NCBI GenBank assembly: GCA_034530875.2
Contig: JAVRCJ020000020.1
Location: 1-64,000, forward strand
Direction: 5' to 3'
Source of the DNA: Nostoc sp. DedSLP01
GTDB taxonomy: Bacteria > Cyanobacteriota > Cyanobacteriia > Cyanobacteriales > Nostocaceae
DNA length: 64,000 nt
The stretch's first letter is position 1; the number at the start of each line of letters is the position of its first letter. Positions 20,460 to 30,853 of this stretch are shown one piece after another. The notes below the pieces were generated by a model that was not told the origin of the DNA, searched no databases, and was given only the letters and a program-made list of their open reading frames with translations. Position numbers and translations under genes: made by a program.

Positions 20460-22685
20460 ATGGCAACAAAATTTCCAAAATTTAGCCAGGATCTCGCACA
20501 GGACCCGACTACTCGTCGGATTTGGTATGCGATCGCCACAGGCAACGATTTTGAAACCCATGATGGCATGACAGAAGAAAATCTTTACCAAAAGATTTTC
20601 GCTACTCACTTCGGTCACTTGGCAATCATCTTCCTGTGGGCATCCAGCCTCCTGTTCCACGTAGCCTGGCAAGGTAACTTTGAACAGTGGATTAAAGATC
20701 CCCTTCACGTCCGTCCCATCGCCCATGCGATTTGGGATCCCCACTTTGGCAAACCAGCGATCGAAGCTTTCACCCAAGGTGGCGCTAGCAATCCAGTAAA
20801 CATTACCTACTCTGGTTTGTATCACTGGTGGTACACAATCGGTATGCGGACAAATACCGAACTTTACAACGGTTCCGTATTTTTGTTGATCTTCGCAGCT
20901 GTATTGTTGTTTGCTGGTTGGCTGCACTTACAACCCAAATACCGTCCTAGCTTGGCATGGTTTAAGAGCGCCGAACACCGCCTCAACCACCACCTAGCAG
21001 GTCTGTTTGGTGTTAGCTCTTTGGCTTGGGCTGGTCACCTAATTCACGTTGCTGTTCCCGAAGCTCGCGGACAGCACGTAGGTTGGGATAACTTCCTCAA
21101 CACCCCACCCCACCCAGCAGGTTTAACACCATTCTTCACAGGTAACTGGGCTGTTTACGCTCAAAACCCTGACACTCCCGGACATGTGTTTGGCACATCC
21201 CAAGGTGCAGGAACTGCAATTCTGACTTTCTTGGGTGGCTTCCATCCTCAAACAGAAGCTTTGTGGCTGACCGACATCGCTCACCACCACTTAGCGATCG
21301 CAGTATTATTCATCGTTGCCGGTCACATGTACCGCACAAACTTTGGGATTGGTCACAGTCTCAAAGAAGCCCTAAATGCCAAGAATTTCTTTGGTATTCC
21401 TGTTGAAGGTCCGTTCAACCTACCTCACCAAGGTATTTACGACACCTACAACAACTCCCTGCACTTCCAGTTGGGTTGGCACCTAGCAGCCTTAGGTGTT
21501 GTTACTTCCCTGGTAGCACAGCACATGTACTCGATGCCTTCCTACGCATTTATTGCTAAGGACTATACAACTCAGGCAGCGCTGTACACCCATCACCAGT
21601 ATATTGCTGGCTTCCTGATGCTCGGTGCTTTCGCTCACGGTGCAATTTTCTGGGTACGCGATTACGATCCAGAACAAAACAAAGGCAACGTTCTTGACCG
21701 CGTGTTGAAGCATAAAGAAGCGATTATCTCCCACTTAAGCTGGGTATCCCTTTTCTTAGGCTTCCACACCCTGGGCTTGTACGTACACAACGATGTAGTA
21801 GTTGCTTTCGGTACTCCGGAAAAGCAAATCCTCATCGAGCCAGTATTTGCTCAGTTCGTCCAAGCTGCTAACGGTAAAGTACTGTACGGTTTAGACACCT
21901 TGTTATCTAACCCAGACAGCGTTGCTTATACAGCATGGCCCAACTACGCTAACGTTTGGCTACCAGGCTGGTTAGATGCTATCAACGCTGGTACTAACTC
22001 CCTGTTCTTAACAATCGGTCCTGGCGACTTCTTGGTACACCATGCGATCGCTTTAGGTCTGCACACCACCACCTTGATTTTGGTCAAAGGTGCTTTGGAT
22101 GCCCGTGGTTCTAAGCTGATGCCCGATAAAAAGGACTTCGGCTATGCCTTCCCTTGCGACGGCCCCGGTCGTGGCGGTACTTGCGATATCTCTGCTTGGG
22201 ATTCCTTCTACCTAGCTGCCTTCTGGATGCTGAATACCATTGGTTGGTTAACCTTCTACTGGCACTGGAAGCATCTCGGTGTTTGGCAAGGTAACGTTGC
22301 TCAGTTCAATGAGAACTCTACATACCTCATGGGCTGGTTCCGCGATTACCTGTGGGCAAACTCTGCTCAGTTGATTAACGGCTACAACCCCTACGGCGTG
22401 AATAACCTGTCTGTCTGGGCTTGGATGTTCTTGTTTGGACACCTAGTTTGGGCTACCGGCTTCATGTTCTTGATCTCTTGGAGAGGTTACTGGCAAGAGT
22501 TGATCGAAACCCTTGTTTGGGCACACGAACGTACTCCTCTAGCTAACTTGGTTCGCTGGAAAGACAAGCCCGTTGCTCTGTCCATCGTTCAAGCTCGCGT
22601 AGTTGGTCTAACCCACTTTGCAGTTGGTTATGTTGTAACTTACGCCGCATTCTTGATTGCTTCTACTGCTGGTAAGTTCGGTTGA
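20460..22685 (+). CDS. psaB: Photosystem I P700 apoprotein A2
   Basis: [22 protein letters not shown] start, [16 protein letters not shown]-terminal ASTAGKFG. Confidence 0.99.
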   Translation: MATKFPKFSQDLAQDPTTRRIWYAIATGNDFETHDGMTEENLYQKIFATHFGHLAIIFLWASSLLFHVAWQGNFEQWIKDPLHVRPIAHAIWDPHFGKPAIEAFTQGGASNPVNITYSGLYHWWYTIGMRTNTELYNGSVFLLIFAAVLLFAGWLHLQPKYRPSLAWFKSAEHRLNHHLAGLFGVSSLAWAGHLIHVAVPEARGQHVGWDNFLNTPPHPAGLTPFFTGNWAVYAQNPDTPGHVFGTSQGAGTAILTFLGGFHPQTEALWLTDIAHHHLAIAVLFIVAGHMYRTNFGIGHSLKEALNAKNFFGIPVEGPFNLPHQGIYDTYNNSLHFQLGWHLAALGVVTSLVAQHMYSMPSYAFIAKDYTTQAALYTHHQYIAGFLMLGAFAHGAIFWVRDYDPEQNKGNVLDRVLKHKEAIISHLSWVSLFLGFHTLGLYVHNDVVVAFGTPEKQILIEPVFAQFVQAANGKVLYGLDTLLSNPDSVAYTAWPNYANVWLPGWLDAINAGTNSLFLTIGPGDFLVHHAIALGLHTTTLILVKGALDARGSKLMPDKKDFGYAFPCDGPGRGGTCDISAWDSFYLAAFWMLNTIGWLTFYWHWKHLGVWQGNVAQFNENSTYLMGWFRDYLWANSAQLINGYNPYGVNNLSVWAWMFLFGHLVWATGFMFLISWRGYWQELIETLVWAHERTPLANLVRWKDKPVALSIVQARVVGLTHFAVGYVVTYAAFLIASTAGKFG

Positions 22686-22714
22686 TCTGGCTACTAGTTT
22701 TGTAGATAAGTAAT

Positions 22715-22752
22715 AAAATCCCCTGCCGCAAGGTGGGGGATTTTTATTTTTT
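22715..22752 (+). terminator. Rho-independent terminator of psaAB
   Basis: aaaatcccctgcc-gcaa-ggtgggggatttt hairpin followed by a T-tract. Confidence 0.85.
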
Positions 22753-22818
22753 GATTACTTTTTATATTTTTTTGGGAACTCCACGAGCATAAATACTTTA
22801 TCTACAGATATCGAGCGT

Positions 22819-23307
22819 ATGAGATTAGAAACTCAAGTTAAACAAAATTCACATTGTGCAATTTTTTCTCGAAATTACTCTGAACATCTTGATGAAGCAG
22901 TTGAAATTAGTAATCAAAATCCTAGACAGCCAATTACTTTCCGTTCATCTGTAGTTTGGTCATCAGCTAAAAAAGCAGTAGATACTCACGGCCAACGTAA
23001 AATTTACTTTGCAACTGTCGGAGATTCTAACTTAGTTAGATACGAAGGAAACTTAGAACAAGTTGAACTGAATCCAGAATTAAATCTTCAAACAGCACAA
23101 GAGTTACTTAAATACTCTACAGAGTCAACTAGAGGAGAAGGTTTATGGGAAGAAAGTGGGAAAGTAAAAGTTAAAACACTCTATGTAATTTCAAACTGTC
23201 TAGAAATTAGCTCCCCTTTTCCTTTTACTTACTTAAGAAAATTATTAGATGGCTCTCCAATTGATGAGAATTTTAGCTATAGCTATGCTTTAGTCTACGA
23301 AATATAA
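22819..23307 (+). CDS. Hypothetical protein (possible stand-alone PUA/EVE-like domain)
   Basis: 162-aa AT-rich ORF with ATG start. The domain guess is from residue pattern only. Confidence 0.6.
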   Translation: MRLETQVKQNSHCAIFSRNYSEHLDEAVEISNQNPRQPITFRSSVVWSSAKKAVDTHGQRKIYFATVGDSNLVRYEGNLEQVELNPELNLQTAQELLKYSTESTRGEGLWEESGKVKVKTLYVISNCLEISSPFPFTYLRKLLDGSPIDENFSYSYALVYEI

Positions 23308-23421
23308 AAATGTTAATTTATCAATAGAGGACGCATATTTGTTTTTGAAATATATGTAGGTGCGGTAGCCTTTGGCGTAACAGCCTAAAATTATTAATCT
23401 TAGTTGTGAACAGTCATAATA

Positions 23422-23627
23422 ATGAACACCAAACTTGTTGAATCATTGTTGCAAGTTATTCTATCTCTCTCTGATGAAGAGCGATCGCTTTTGAAAGAAA
23501 AACTATTTTTTGATTCATCAGAGCCTTCAACTGATGAGCTAGTGCTACTTGCCCAGAATGGAGGAGCATTTAACTTTCTTGAAAATGAACCAGACATATA
23601 CTCACTTGACGACGGAGAACCTATCTA

Positions 23628-23628
<1 letters not shown>
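23422..23628 (+). CDS. Putative antitoxin
   Basis: 68-aa acidic protein ending GAFNFLENEPDIYSLDDGEPI. TAATG overlap with the downstream mazF-like gene. Confidence 0.7.
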
Positions 23629-24252
<624 letters not shown>

Positions 24253-24351
24253 GGTTGTCTTGGAGTAGCAGACGAAATACAGACGCGAATTAGGCGATCG
24301 CAGTGATACTATGTATGAAAAATCCCAAGTTTTCATCATAGGAGTTATCAG

Positions 24352-24792
24352 GTGTCTGTTCCCGAAATTACCCAAAAGCTACTAGCAGCAAAACAAGAGA
24401 AAGGAATAAGCTTTGCCGATTTAGAAAAAATTCTTGGACGCGATGAAGTATGGATTGCTGCTGTAATCTACCGTCAAGCTAGTGCTTCCCCAGAAGAAGC
24501 CAAGTTACTAGTCGAAGCACTGGAGCTACCTCCAATTTATATTAACGAGTTAACTGAATATTCTGTCAAAGGGTTAGGGCCAGTTGTACCAACTGACCCA
24601 CTGATTTATCGTTTATACGAAATTATGCAGGTGTATGGATTCCCAATTAAAGCCGTGATTCACGATAAATTCGGCGATGGAATTATGAGCGCCATTGACT
24701 TTACTTTAGATGTGGAAAAAGAAGCAGACTCCAAAGGCGATCGCGTTAAAATCGTAATGTCTGGTAAATTTCTCCCATACAAAAAATGGTAG
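24352..24792 (+). CDS. cynS: Cyanase (cyanate hydratase)
   Basis: [39 protein letters not shown] and GTG start. Confidence 0.97.
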   Translation: MSVPEITQKLLAAKQEKGISFADLEKILGRDEVWIAAVIYRQASASPEEAKLLVEALELPPIYINELTEYSVKGLGPVVPTDPLIYRLYEIMQVYGFPIKAVIHDKFGDGIMSAIDFTLDVEKEADSKGDRVKIVMSGKFLPYKKW

Positions 24793-24984
24793 CCTTCAAG
24801 GGGCGATATTAACCTGTGTACTGACCTGTAAGCTAATCTTTTAAAAGTGTATTCTCATGCACAGGAATACAAAGAAAATATATTTTTATATTTACTCTAC
24901 CCTGCTATCGGGATTTTTGAAAAAAAATATCCAGATAATATTAAAACAAGTTATAACTAGAAAACTGAGATAACTCGATCGCTC

Positions 24985-25893
24985 TTGCAAAAAGAACCAA
25001 TAACACCAGGACAACAAATTAGTTTTAACCCGTATTATACCCAGCAAAACGGAGCAGTATATTTAGGTGATAGCCTGAAACTGATTAAATTCATTGATGA
25101 TAATAGTATTAATTTAATTCTCACCTCACCACCGTTTGCTCTCACACGCAAGAAAGAATATGGTAACGAAACCGCTGAAAAATATATCGAATGGTTTCTA
25201 CCTTTTGCATCTGAATTTAAAAGAGTACTCGTAGATAATGGCTCATTGGTAGTGGATTTAGGCGGTGCCTACTTACCCGGTAATCCCGTGCGGAGTATCT
25301 ATCAATACGAACTTTTAGTTAAATTATGCAAAGAATTAGGTTTTTTTCTGGCTCAAGAATTCTACCACTATAATCCGGCTCGGCTGCCAACCCCTGCTGA
25401 GTGGGTAACAATCAGGCGCATTCGTGTCAAAGATTCTGTAAATACAGTTTGGTGGTTGTCTAAAACACCAAATCCTAAAGCAGACAACAAAAAAGTCTTA
25501 AAACCTTATAGCCAAAGTATGAAGCAATTAATTAAAAATGGTTATAAGCCCAAAGTGCGTCCTAGCGGACATGATATTTCTGATAAATTTCAAAAAGATA
25601 ATCAAGGCGCTATCCCGCCAAACTTGATTGAAATTGCCAACACTGAATCGAATAGCGCTTATTTACAACGTTGTAAAAGAGCAGAAATTAAACCCCATCC
25701 AGCACGTTTTCCTCAAGGGTTCGTCGAGTTCTTCATCAAATTTTTAACTGATGAAGGCGATTTAGTTTTAGATCCATTTGCAGGTTCTAATACAACGGGT
25801 TTTGTTGCTCAGAATCTACAACGTCGATGGATTTCTTTTGAAATTAACGAGCATTATGTAATGGGAAGTCGTTATCGTTTCACTGAAGATTGA
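24985..25893 (+). CDS. Class beta amino-DNA methyltransferase, M.PvuII-like (N4-cytosine type), orphan
   Basis: TSPPFALTRKKEYGN catalytic motif IV precedes HPARFP and DPFAGSNTTG (motif I). Strong resemblance to the recalled M.PvuII sequence. Confidence 0.9.
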   Translation: MQKEPITPGQQISFNPYYTQQNGAVYLGDSLKLIKFIDDNSINLILTSPPFALTRKKEYGNETAEKYIEWFLPFASEFKRVLVDNGSLVVDLGGAYLPGNPVRSIYQYELLVKLCKELGFFLAQEFYHYNPARLPTPAEWVTIRRIRVKDSVNTVWWLSKTPNPKADNKKVLKPYSQSMKQLIKNGYKPKVRPSGHDISDKFQKDNQGAIPPNLIEIANTESNSAYLQRCKRAEIKPHPARFPQGFVEFFIKFLTDEGDLVLDPFAGSNTTGFVAQNLQRRWISFEINEHYVMGSRYRFTED

Positions 25894-25985
25894 GATTAAC
25901 TGAAAACAGAAGAAAGAAAAGTGAGGAGCAGAAGAATGAAAAGTGAGGAGCTAAAACTTATAACTCATAAACCATCGCTATGGAC

Positions 25986-26180
25986 TTAAATTTCTCCATT
26001 TACTTGCATTTGATGAACTCGATCGGCGAGCTCTTGACGACCTTGGTCATCTAGTTTATCAATCGCTAACATTCCCATAAGAATAACTTCTTTGAGAGTT
26101 AAACGCGTCGAATGTGCCTGCTTTTGCACAATCTCCTTAATAATGGGACTAACACCAATCGCTGTACTCGCTCTAGCCAC
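25986..26180 (-). CDS. Small hypothetical protein (ribbon-helix-helix-like)
   Basis: About 64 aa from a GTG start: STAIGVSP strand followed by two predicted helices. Confidence 0.6.
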   Translation of the reverse strand: MARASTAIGVSPIIKEIVQKQAHSTRLTLKEVILMGMLAIDKLDDQGRQELADRVHQMQVNGEI

Positions 26181-27036
26181 GGAATAAAAAGAAAACACTA
26201 ATGATTCAGCCTAAATCTTAGCATTTCCGATGAAATATATTCTCTATAGCCAAAACTTAATTCAAATGTCTTTCAAATCATACTTCCGCAAAAAAACAGA
26301 AATTTGAAATTCTGTAAATCAAGAACTACAACAGAATTACACAGTATTATCCTACTTTTAGAGAATTTTTCTCAGATCTTCAGATGGTCGCATCAAACCC
26401 TAAAACTAACTTTTGGATGAAAATCAATTTGTCATACGAGAATTACAAGTATATTGTTTAACAATGTCTTTAAATGCTTGAGACTCATCACAAAGCGATT
26501 TGAGGTCTAACTTTCTTGGAACTCGATCTCAAACTTACATTCTGTTGAACTGAAACTTGTTCATTGAGATATGATATCAAGCCGATGGAAAACTACTTTT
26601 TTGTCTGTGCCTCTTGGTTGATGAAACTCTCACGCGTTTGCGAAGTGGCTCTGAAAGAGTATCGCCACAATTGACTGAAATTTCCCAGTCTGAAGTCAAA
26701 AGCTTATTTGCTGTATTACCAAGCTCACAATCAATGAGATCCTCAAAAATCACTAACTAATCGCCGAGTTTGCCACGACTTGCAATATGTACCAGAACTA
26801 AGCCGCAGGTGAAAATACTCCTTGGGTAAAAGTATTCTCACAAATTGTACTCATATACCACCGGGAAAACCCTACTTTAAAGAGATCGTAAATTGTCTAA
26901 GATAATCTCGCGAACACGCTTTACAGAAATATACAGTGTAAATAAGAATAATAATTTGACCTAAGTAAAATCTTCCTGAACACAGGCAACTAATGCTGTG
27001 ATATGGAGAAGCAGTGAGTAGAGGAGAGATAAAGCG

Positions 27037-28104
27037 ATGAGGGACCCTTATCTGTTGGCAGCAGGATTGTTAACAGGATTGGCAATACCAGCATCGGCTC
27101 TTCCACATCTGTCGATTGTGCTGCCAGAAAATTCTCGCCTCCTGTGGGATTTAAACCAGGGTTCCCAGACAATAGTCAGTACAAAAATTATCAACAGCAT
27201 CGATATTTCCTTACCTGAACTCAGCGGTCAAGCACTGCAACCCATAGAAAGTTCCCAGCCAATAGCAGATGAGCCAAATCTCAACAGCGTTAACTCTCCA
27301 TCAGCAGAAGTCAGCAAGCAGGGATTAGCAGCTCCAATAGAGTCAGTAGTTAGCTCCAGCGCCCAAACAACAAGTTTTTCACTCACATCTGGCAATCAAC
27401 TCTACTACCAAAGATTGGCAGCTCTGAAAACAGGTCAGATTTATACACGCGGCGATCGCGATAATTTGCAATCGTTGTGGGAGTCAATCAAGAAGCGCCA
27501 ACTAACTTATGAAGACTGGAAGAGTTTACTAGCTTTAGAAGCGAGAGCCATTGCCCAAGGACAAGGTACAAATCACCTCAGTATTTTAGTTGGTGATTCC
27601 TTGAGCATGTGGTTTCCCAGAGAAAAATTGCCTGCGGGGAAACTATGGCTCAATCAAGGCATTTCTGGAGATACTTCCGCTGGGGTATTAAAAAGATTAG
27701 GAGCATTTTCCGCGACCCGCCCGGATGTAATTTATATCATGGCTGGGATTAACGACTTACGCAAAGGCGATAGCGATCGCGCAATTTTGAGTAATTATCG
27801 CCGGATTGTCCGCCGTCTAAGACAAAATCACCCCCGAAGTCAAATTATTGTCCAGTCGATTTTACCGACTCGCCTACCAAAAATTTCTAATAGCCGCATT
27901 CGTCAAATCAACACCCAACTATCCCAGATTGCCAAACAAGAAGGTGCAAATTATCTCAATATCTATAGTTGGTTTACAGATATGGAAGGCAATATGCGTC
28001 CAGAGTTAACTACAGATGGATTGCACCTGTCTCAAGAAGGATATGATGTTTGGCAATCGGCACTAGAGCAAATAGAATACAAACTGACTCAGCGCAAGAA
28101 TTGA
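27037..28104 (+). CDS. SGNH/GDSL hydrolase family protein with N-terminal signal
   Basis: GDSL, NQGISGD, GINDL and DGLH blocks; hydrophobic N-terminus ending ASA. Confidence 0.92.
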   Translation: MRDPYLLAAGLLTGLAIPASALPHLSIVLPENSRLLWDLNQGSQTIVSTKIINSIDISLPELSGQALQPIESSQPIADEPNLNSVNSPSAEVSKQGLAAPIESVVSSSAQTTSFSLTSGNQLYYQRLAALKTGQIYTRGDRDNLQSLWESIKKRQLTYEDWKSLLALEARAIAQGQGTNHLSILVGDSLSMWFPREKLPAGKLWLNQGISGDTSAGVLKRLGAFSATRPDVIYIMAGINDLRKGDSDRAILSNYRRIVRRLRQNHPRSQIIVQSILPTRLPKISNSRIRQINTQLSQIAKQEGANYLNIYSWFTDMEGNMRPELTTDGLHLSQEGYDVWQSALEQIEYKLTQRKN

Positions 28105-28319
28105 GCGATCGCTTTGGCGAGACTTGGAGCGATCGCATCACCATAAGTTATGGAATTGCGTAGACAGGCTGTCAAAAAGTGCCTGTAAATATAAATATTT
28201 GTAATTTCAATCGTAAATTTGCGGAAGTTCCCCAGAGGGGAATGAAATTGAACGTGTGCAGATCGCTCACAGAAATTAGCGGTGTCTACGCTCTTAGTGT
28301 AAAAACAAAGGAGAATATC

Positions 28320-28637
28320 ATGGAAAACCGTCTGGAAGTGCAAAACATTCAAGGCGACGAATTGTATATGGATTTAACCCCAGAAGAACTAAAAGAACTA
28401 GAACAGCTTAAAGGAGGAGGATTACCTTTAGACTCAAAAGACTCTACCTCTAAGATTCGTAAGTTTATTATCGACATTGACAAGATCAACAAGAAACATG
28501 TGCTTTCGCCAATTTATGACCCCGATAAGCCTTTTCCTCTTGGGATTGTGTCCCCCCTGGCTGGGGAGATCCATAAAAATAAATCCCAGGAGCTAAATAT
28601 CACTAAAGATATTGCTAACCAGGGATCGGGATTCTAA
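28320..28637 (+). CDS. Putative RiPP precursor peptide with double-glycine-type leader (105 aa)
   Basis: AAGGAG RBS at 28308-28313 before the ATG at 28320. The leader ends LYMDLTPEELKELEQLKGG. Sits immediately upstream of a radical SAM gene. Confidence 0.7.
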   Translation: MENRLEVQNIQGDELYMDLTPEELKELEQLKGGGLPLDSKDSTSKIRKFIIDIDKINKKHVLSPIYDPDKPFPLGIVSPLAGEIHKNKSQELNITKDIANQGSGF

Positions 28638-28789
28638 AACTTCTTGCAAAAGTCAGGGAACAGGAGTGGTGATGAAATTTTCTTTTTTCTCCTTACCTTT
28701 TAATCTTTCGTTTAATCATTGCAAACGATACTTTTGCAAAGCTTCTATAGAGTTTTAGAGCGCAAAGAGTAATTGGAGTTAGTAAGCGT

Positions 28790-29803
28790 ATGACACCTAC
28801 TGGAAACTTTAACCGCATCCTACAAATCCACCCGTCCAGACGGTGCAATCTGCGCTGTCTCCATTGTTACTCTTCTTCCAGCCCGGAGGAGCGTGACCAA
28901 CTCAGTGTCCCGCTCCTTTTACAAGCAATTACCGATGCAAGTGAACAAGGGTATACCATTGTCAGCTTTTCAGGAGGAGAACCCCTCGTCTACAAATCTC
29001 TGCCCGAACTGCTAAAACATGCTCATCAATACCAGATGCAGACAACGGTTACTTCCAACGGTATACTCTTGGACGAGCGACACTTAGAACAGCTAACTAA
29101 AGCGGTTGATCTACTCGCCATTAGTCTTGATGGAATGCCAGCCTCTCATAACCGTATGCGTTCTTCAGAGCAAGCTTTTGAAAAAATGGCGGCTCGACTG
29201 GAAGGGGTTCGCCAATCGGGTATCCCATTCGGGTTTATTTTTACACTCACAAAACAAAATTTTCGAGAGTTAGACTGGGTTGCGAACTTCGCTTTGGAGC
29301 AAGGGGCAAAATTATTGCAGATTCATCCACTAGCAGAAGTTGGACACGCTACCCAAAGCCTTGTCGGGTCTAGACCCAGTACCAACATATTATCCTATGT
29401 TTACCTGAAAGCCATGCGTCTGCGAGAAGCTTTTGGTGATAAGGTTTTTATTCAGATTGATTTAGTTCACCAAGATTTGCTGCGCTCAAATCCTAGTAGC
29501 TTTTTTGCAGACGAAGCATTAATAAATCAGCATAACTACTGCTTTGCTGACCTAGTATCACCTCTAATTATCGAAGCAGATGGGACAGTAGTACCAATGC
29601 AATATGGTTTTGACCGCAATTATGCTCTAGGAAATTTGAATGAGGCTTCTTTGAGCGAACTTGCCAATCATTGGCGTCAAGAACGCTATCCCTCTTTCCG
29701 AGAACTTTGCCGACGTGTTTATCAACAACTAACAGCACCCGCCGATCTGCCAATTATCGATTGGTATGAAACGCTGACCCACCAAGGTGAAGATGAGCCA
29801 TGA
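28790..29803 (+). CDS. Radical SAM protein with degenerate SPASM/twitch-like C-terminus
   Basis: CNLRCLHC (CxxxCxxC), SGGEP, TSNG, ISLDG and HNRMR motifs; C-terminal IIEADGTVVPMQ...LGNL. Confidence 0.92.
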   Translation: MTPTGNFNRILQIHPSRRCNLRCLHCYSSSSPEERDQLSVPLLLQAITDASEQGYTIVSFSGGEPLVYKSLPELLKHAHQYQMQTTVTSNGILLDERHLEQLTKAVDLLAISLDGMPASHNRMRSSEQAFEKMAARLEGVRQSGIPFGFIFTLTKQNFRELDWVANFALEQGAKLLQIHPLAEVGHATQSLVGSRPSTNILSYVYLKAMRLREAFGDKVFIQIDLVHQDLLRSNPSSFFADEALINQHNYCFADLVSPLIIEADGTVVPMQYGFDRNYALGNLNEASLSELANHWRQERYPSFRELCRRVYQQLTAPADLPIIDWYETLTHQGEDEP

Positions 29804-29845
29804 AAATGAAACTACAGAAACTGTATCTAGAAACTAAAAAAAATC

Positions 29846-30676
29846 TTATAGTTTAACGCCCACGGCTTCCCGATTTAAAACTTGATTCAACTTACCGCTA
29901 CGATAACCTTCTAAATCCAAGGTTACGTAAATAAATCCGAAATCTTGAAATGCGGCAACTAATGTTTGTAGATCGGTATTTAAGACAAACTCTTTGATTT
30001 GTGCTGGTAATAATTCAATTCGTGCCGTATCGCCTTCAGAACGTACCCGCAAATTCTGCCAACCCAGCTTTCTTAAGAAAATTTCGGCTCTACCAACTCG
30101 TTGTAACTTAGCAACAGTAATTTCTTCACCATAAGGAAAGCGGGAACTCAGACAAGGTTGAGCGGGTTTATCCCACCAAGGTAAATTGAGTTGTTGCGAA
30201 AGTTGCCGGACTTCAAGTTTCGTAATACTAACTTCTGCTAAAGGCGATCGCGCACCTCTTTCTTTCGCCGCCTGAATTCCTGGGCGATAATCGTGCAAAT
30301 CGTCAGCATTCACCCCATCCACGATATATGGATAACCCAACTGTAAAGCCAAAGGTTTGAGAGTGTCGTGCAACTCACTTTTGCAAAAATAACAGCGATT
30401 CACTGGGTTAGAAGTGTAATTTGGGTTCTCCATCTCGTGAGTTTCCACAATTTGATGAGCAATCCCAATAGTTGCGGCTTGAATTTTGGCATCTTCCAAC
30501 TCTTCTGGCAACAGCGAGGGAGAAACAGCAGTTACAGCCAAAGCGCGATCGCCCAACACATCATAAGCAATTTTCGCCACCAAAGTGCTATCAACACCCC
30601 CAGAGTAGGCAATCAACGCTTGCCCCATTTCTTCAAATAAAGCTCTTAATTGCTCAAGCTTTTGTGTCACCATCAT
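29846..30676 (-). CDS. larE: ATP-dependent sacrificial sulfur transferase LarE family (PP-loop)
   Basis: AYSGGVDS PP-loop, RCYFCK, DYRPG and PCLSSRFPYG motifs. Confidence 0.9.
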   Translation of the reverse strand: MMVTQKLEQLRALFEEMGQALIAYSGGVDSTLVAKIAYDVLGDRALAVTAVSPSLLPEELEDAKIQAATIGIAHQIVETHEMENPNYTSNPVNRCYFCKSELHDTLKPLALQLGYPYIVDGVNADDLHDYRPGIQAAKERGARSPLAEVSITKLEVRQLSQQLNLPWWDKPAQPCLSSRFPYGEEITVAKLQRVGRAEIFLRKLGWQNLRVRSEGDTARIELLPAQIKEFVLNTDLQTLVAAFQDFGFIYVTLDLEGYRSGKLNQVLNREAVGVKL

Positions 30677-30737
30677 TTTCTATACCTGCCACAACTCAAT
30701 AGCACCCAACAAATCCCATTGTAGTCATTAGGCATTG

Positions 30738-30842
30738 GGGAAGCAGGAGGTGTGGGAAGTGTGGGAAGAGAGGGGGGCATAAATTCTCTTTCCCCCCACA
30801 CTCCCCACACTCCCCACACTTCTTTATCTCCCCATCTCCCCA
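30738..30842. repeat. Nonamer-based (GGAGTGTGG/CCCCACACT) inverted repeat element, family copy
   Basis: Related copies at about 34240-34334, 52898-53020 and 56598-56712. Confidence 0.75.
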
Positions 30843-30853
30843 TTCCCCACTCC

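Noticed and set aside
17986..22685. Far-red (FaRLiP) psaA2/psaB2
   Set aside because: Lengths and sequences fit conventional Nostocales PsaA/PsaB, and no psaL2/psaI2, apc, psb or rfp genes are adjacent.
28179..28319. N-terminal 47-aa extension of the precursor ORF in the track
   Set aside because: The GTG start has no RBS, whereas a clear AAGGAG precedes the ATG at 28320.
29846..30676. larE as part of the RiPP-like cluster (sulfur insertion)
   Set aside because: It is convergent with the radical SAM gene and co-oriented with the hrmK-like gene. LarE-like genes are widespread stand-alone genes in cyanobacteria, and nothing links it to the precursor.
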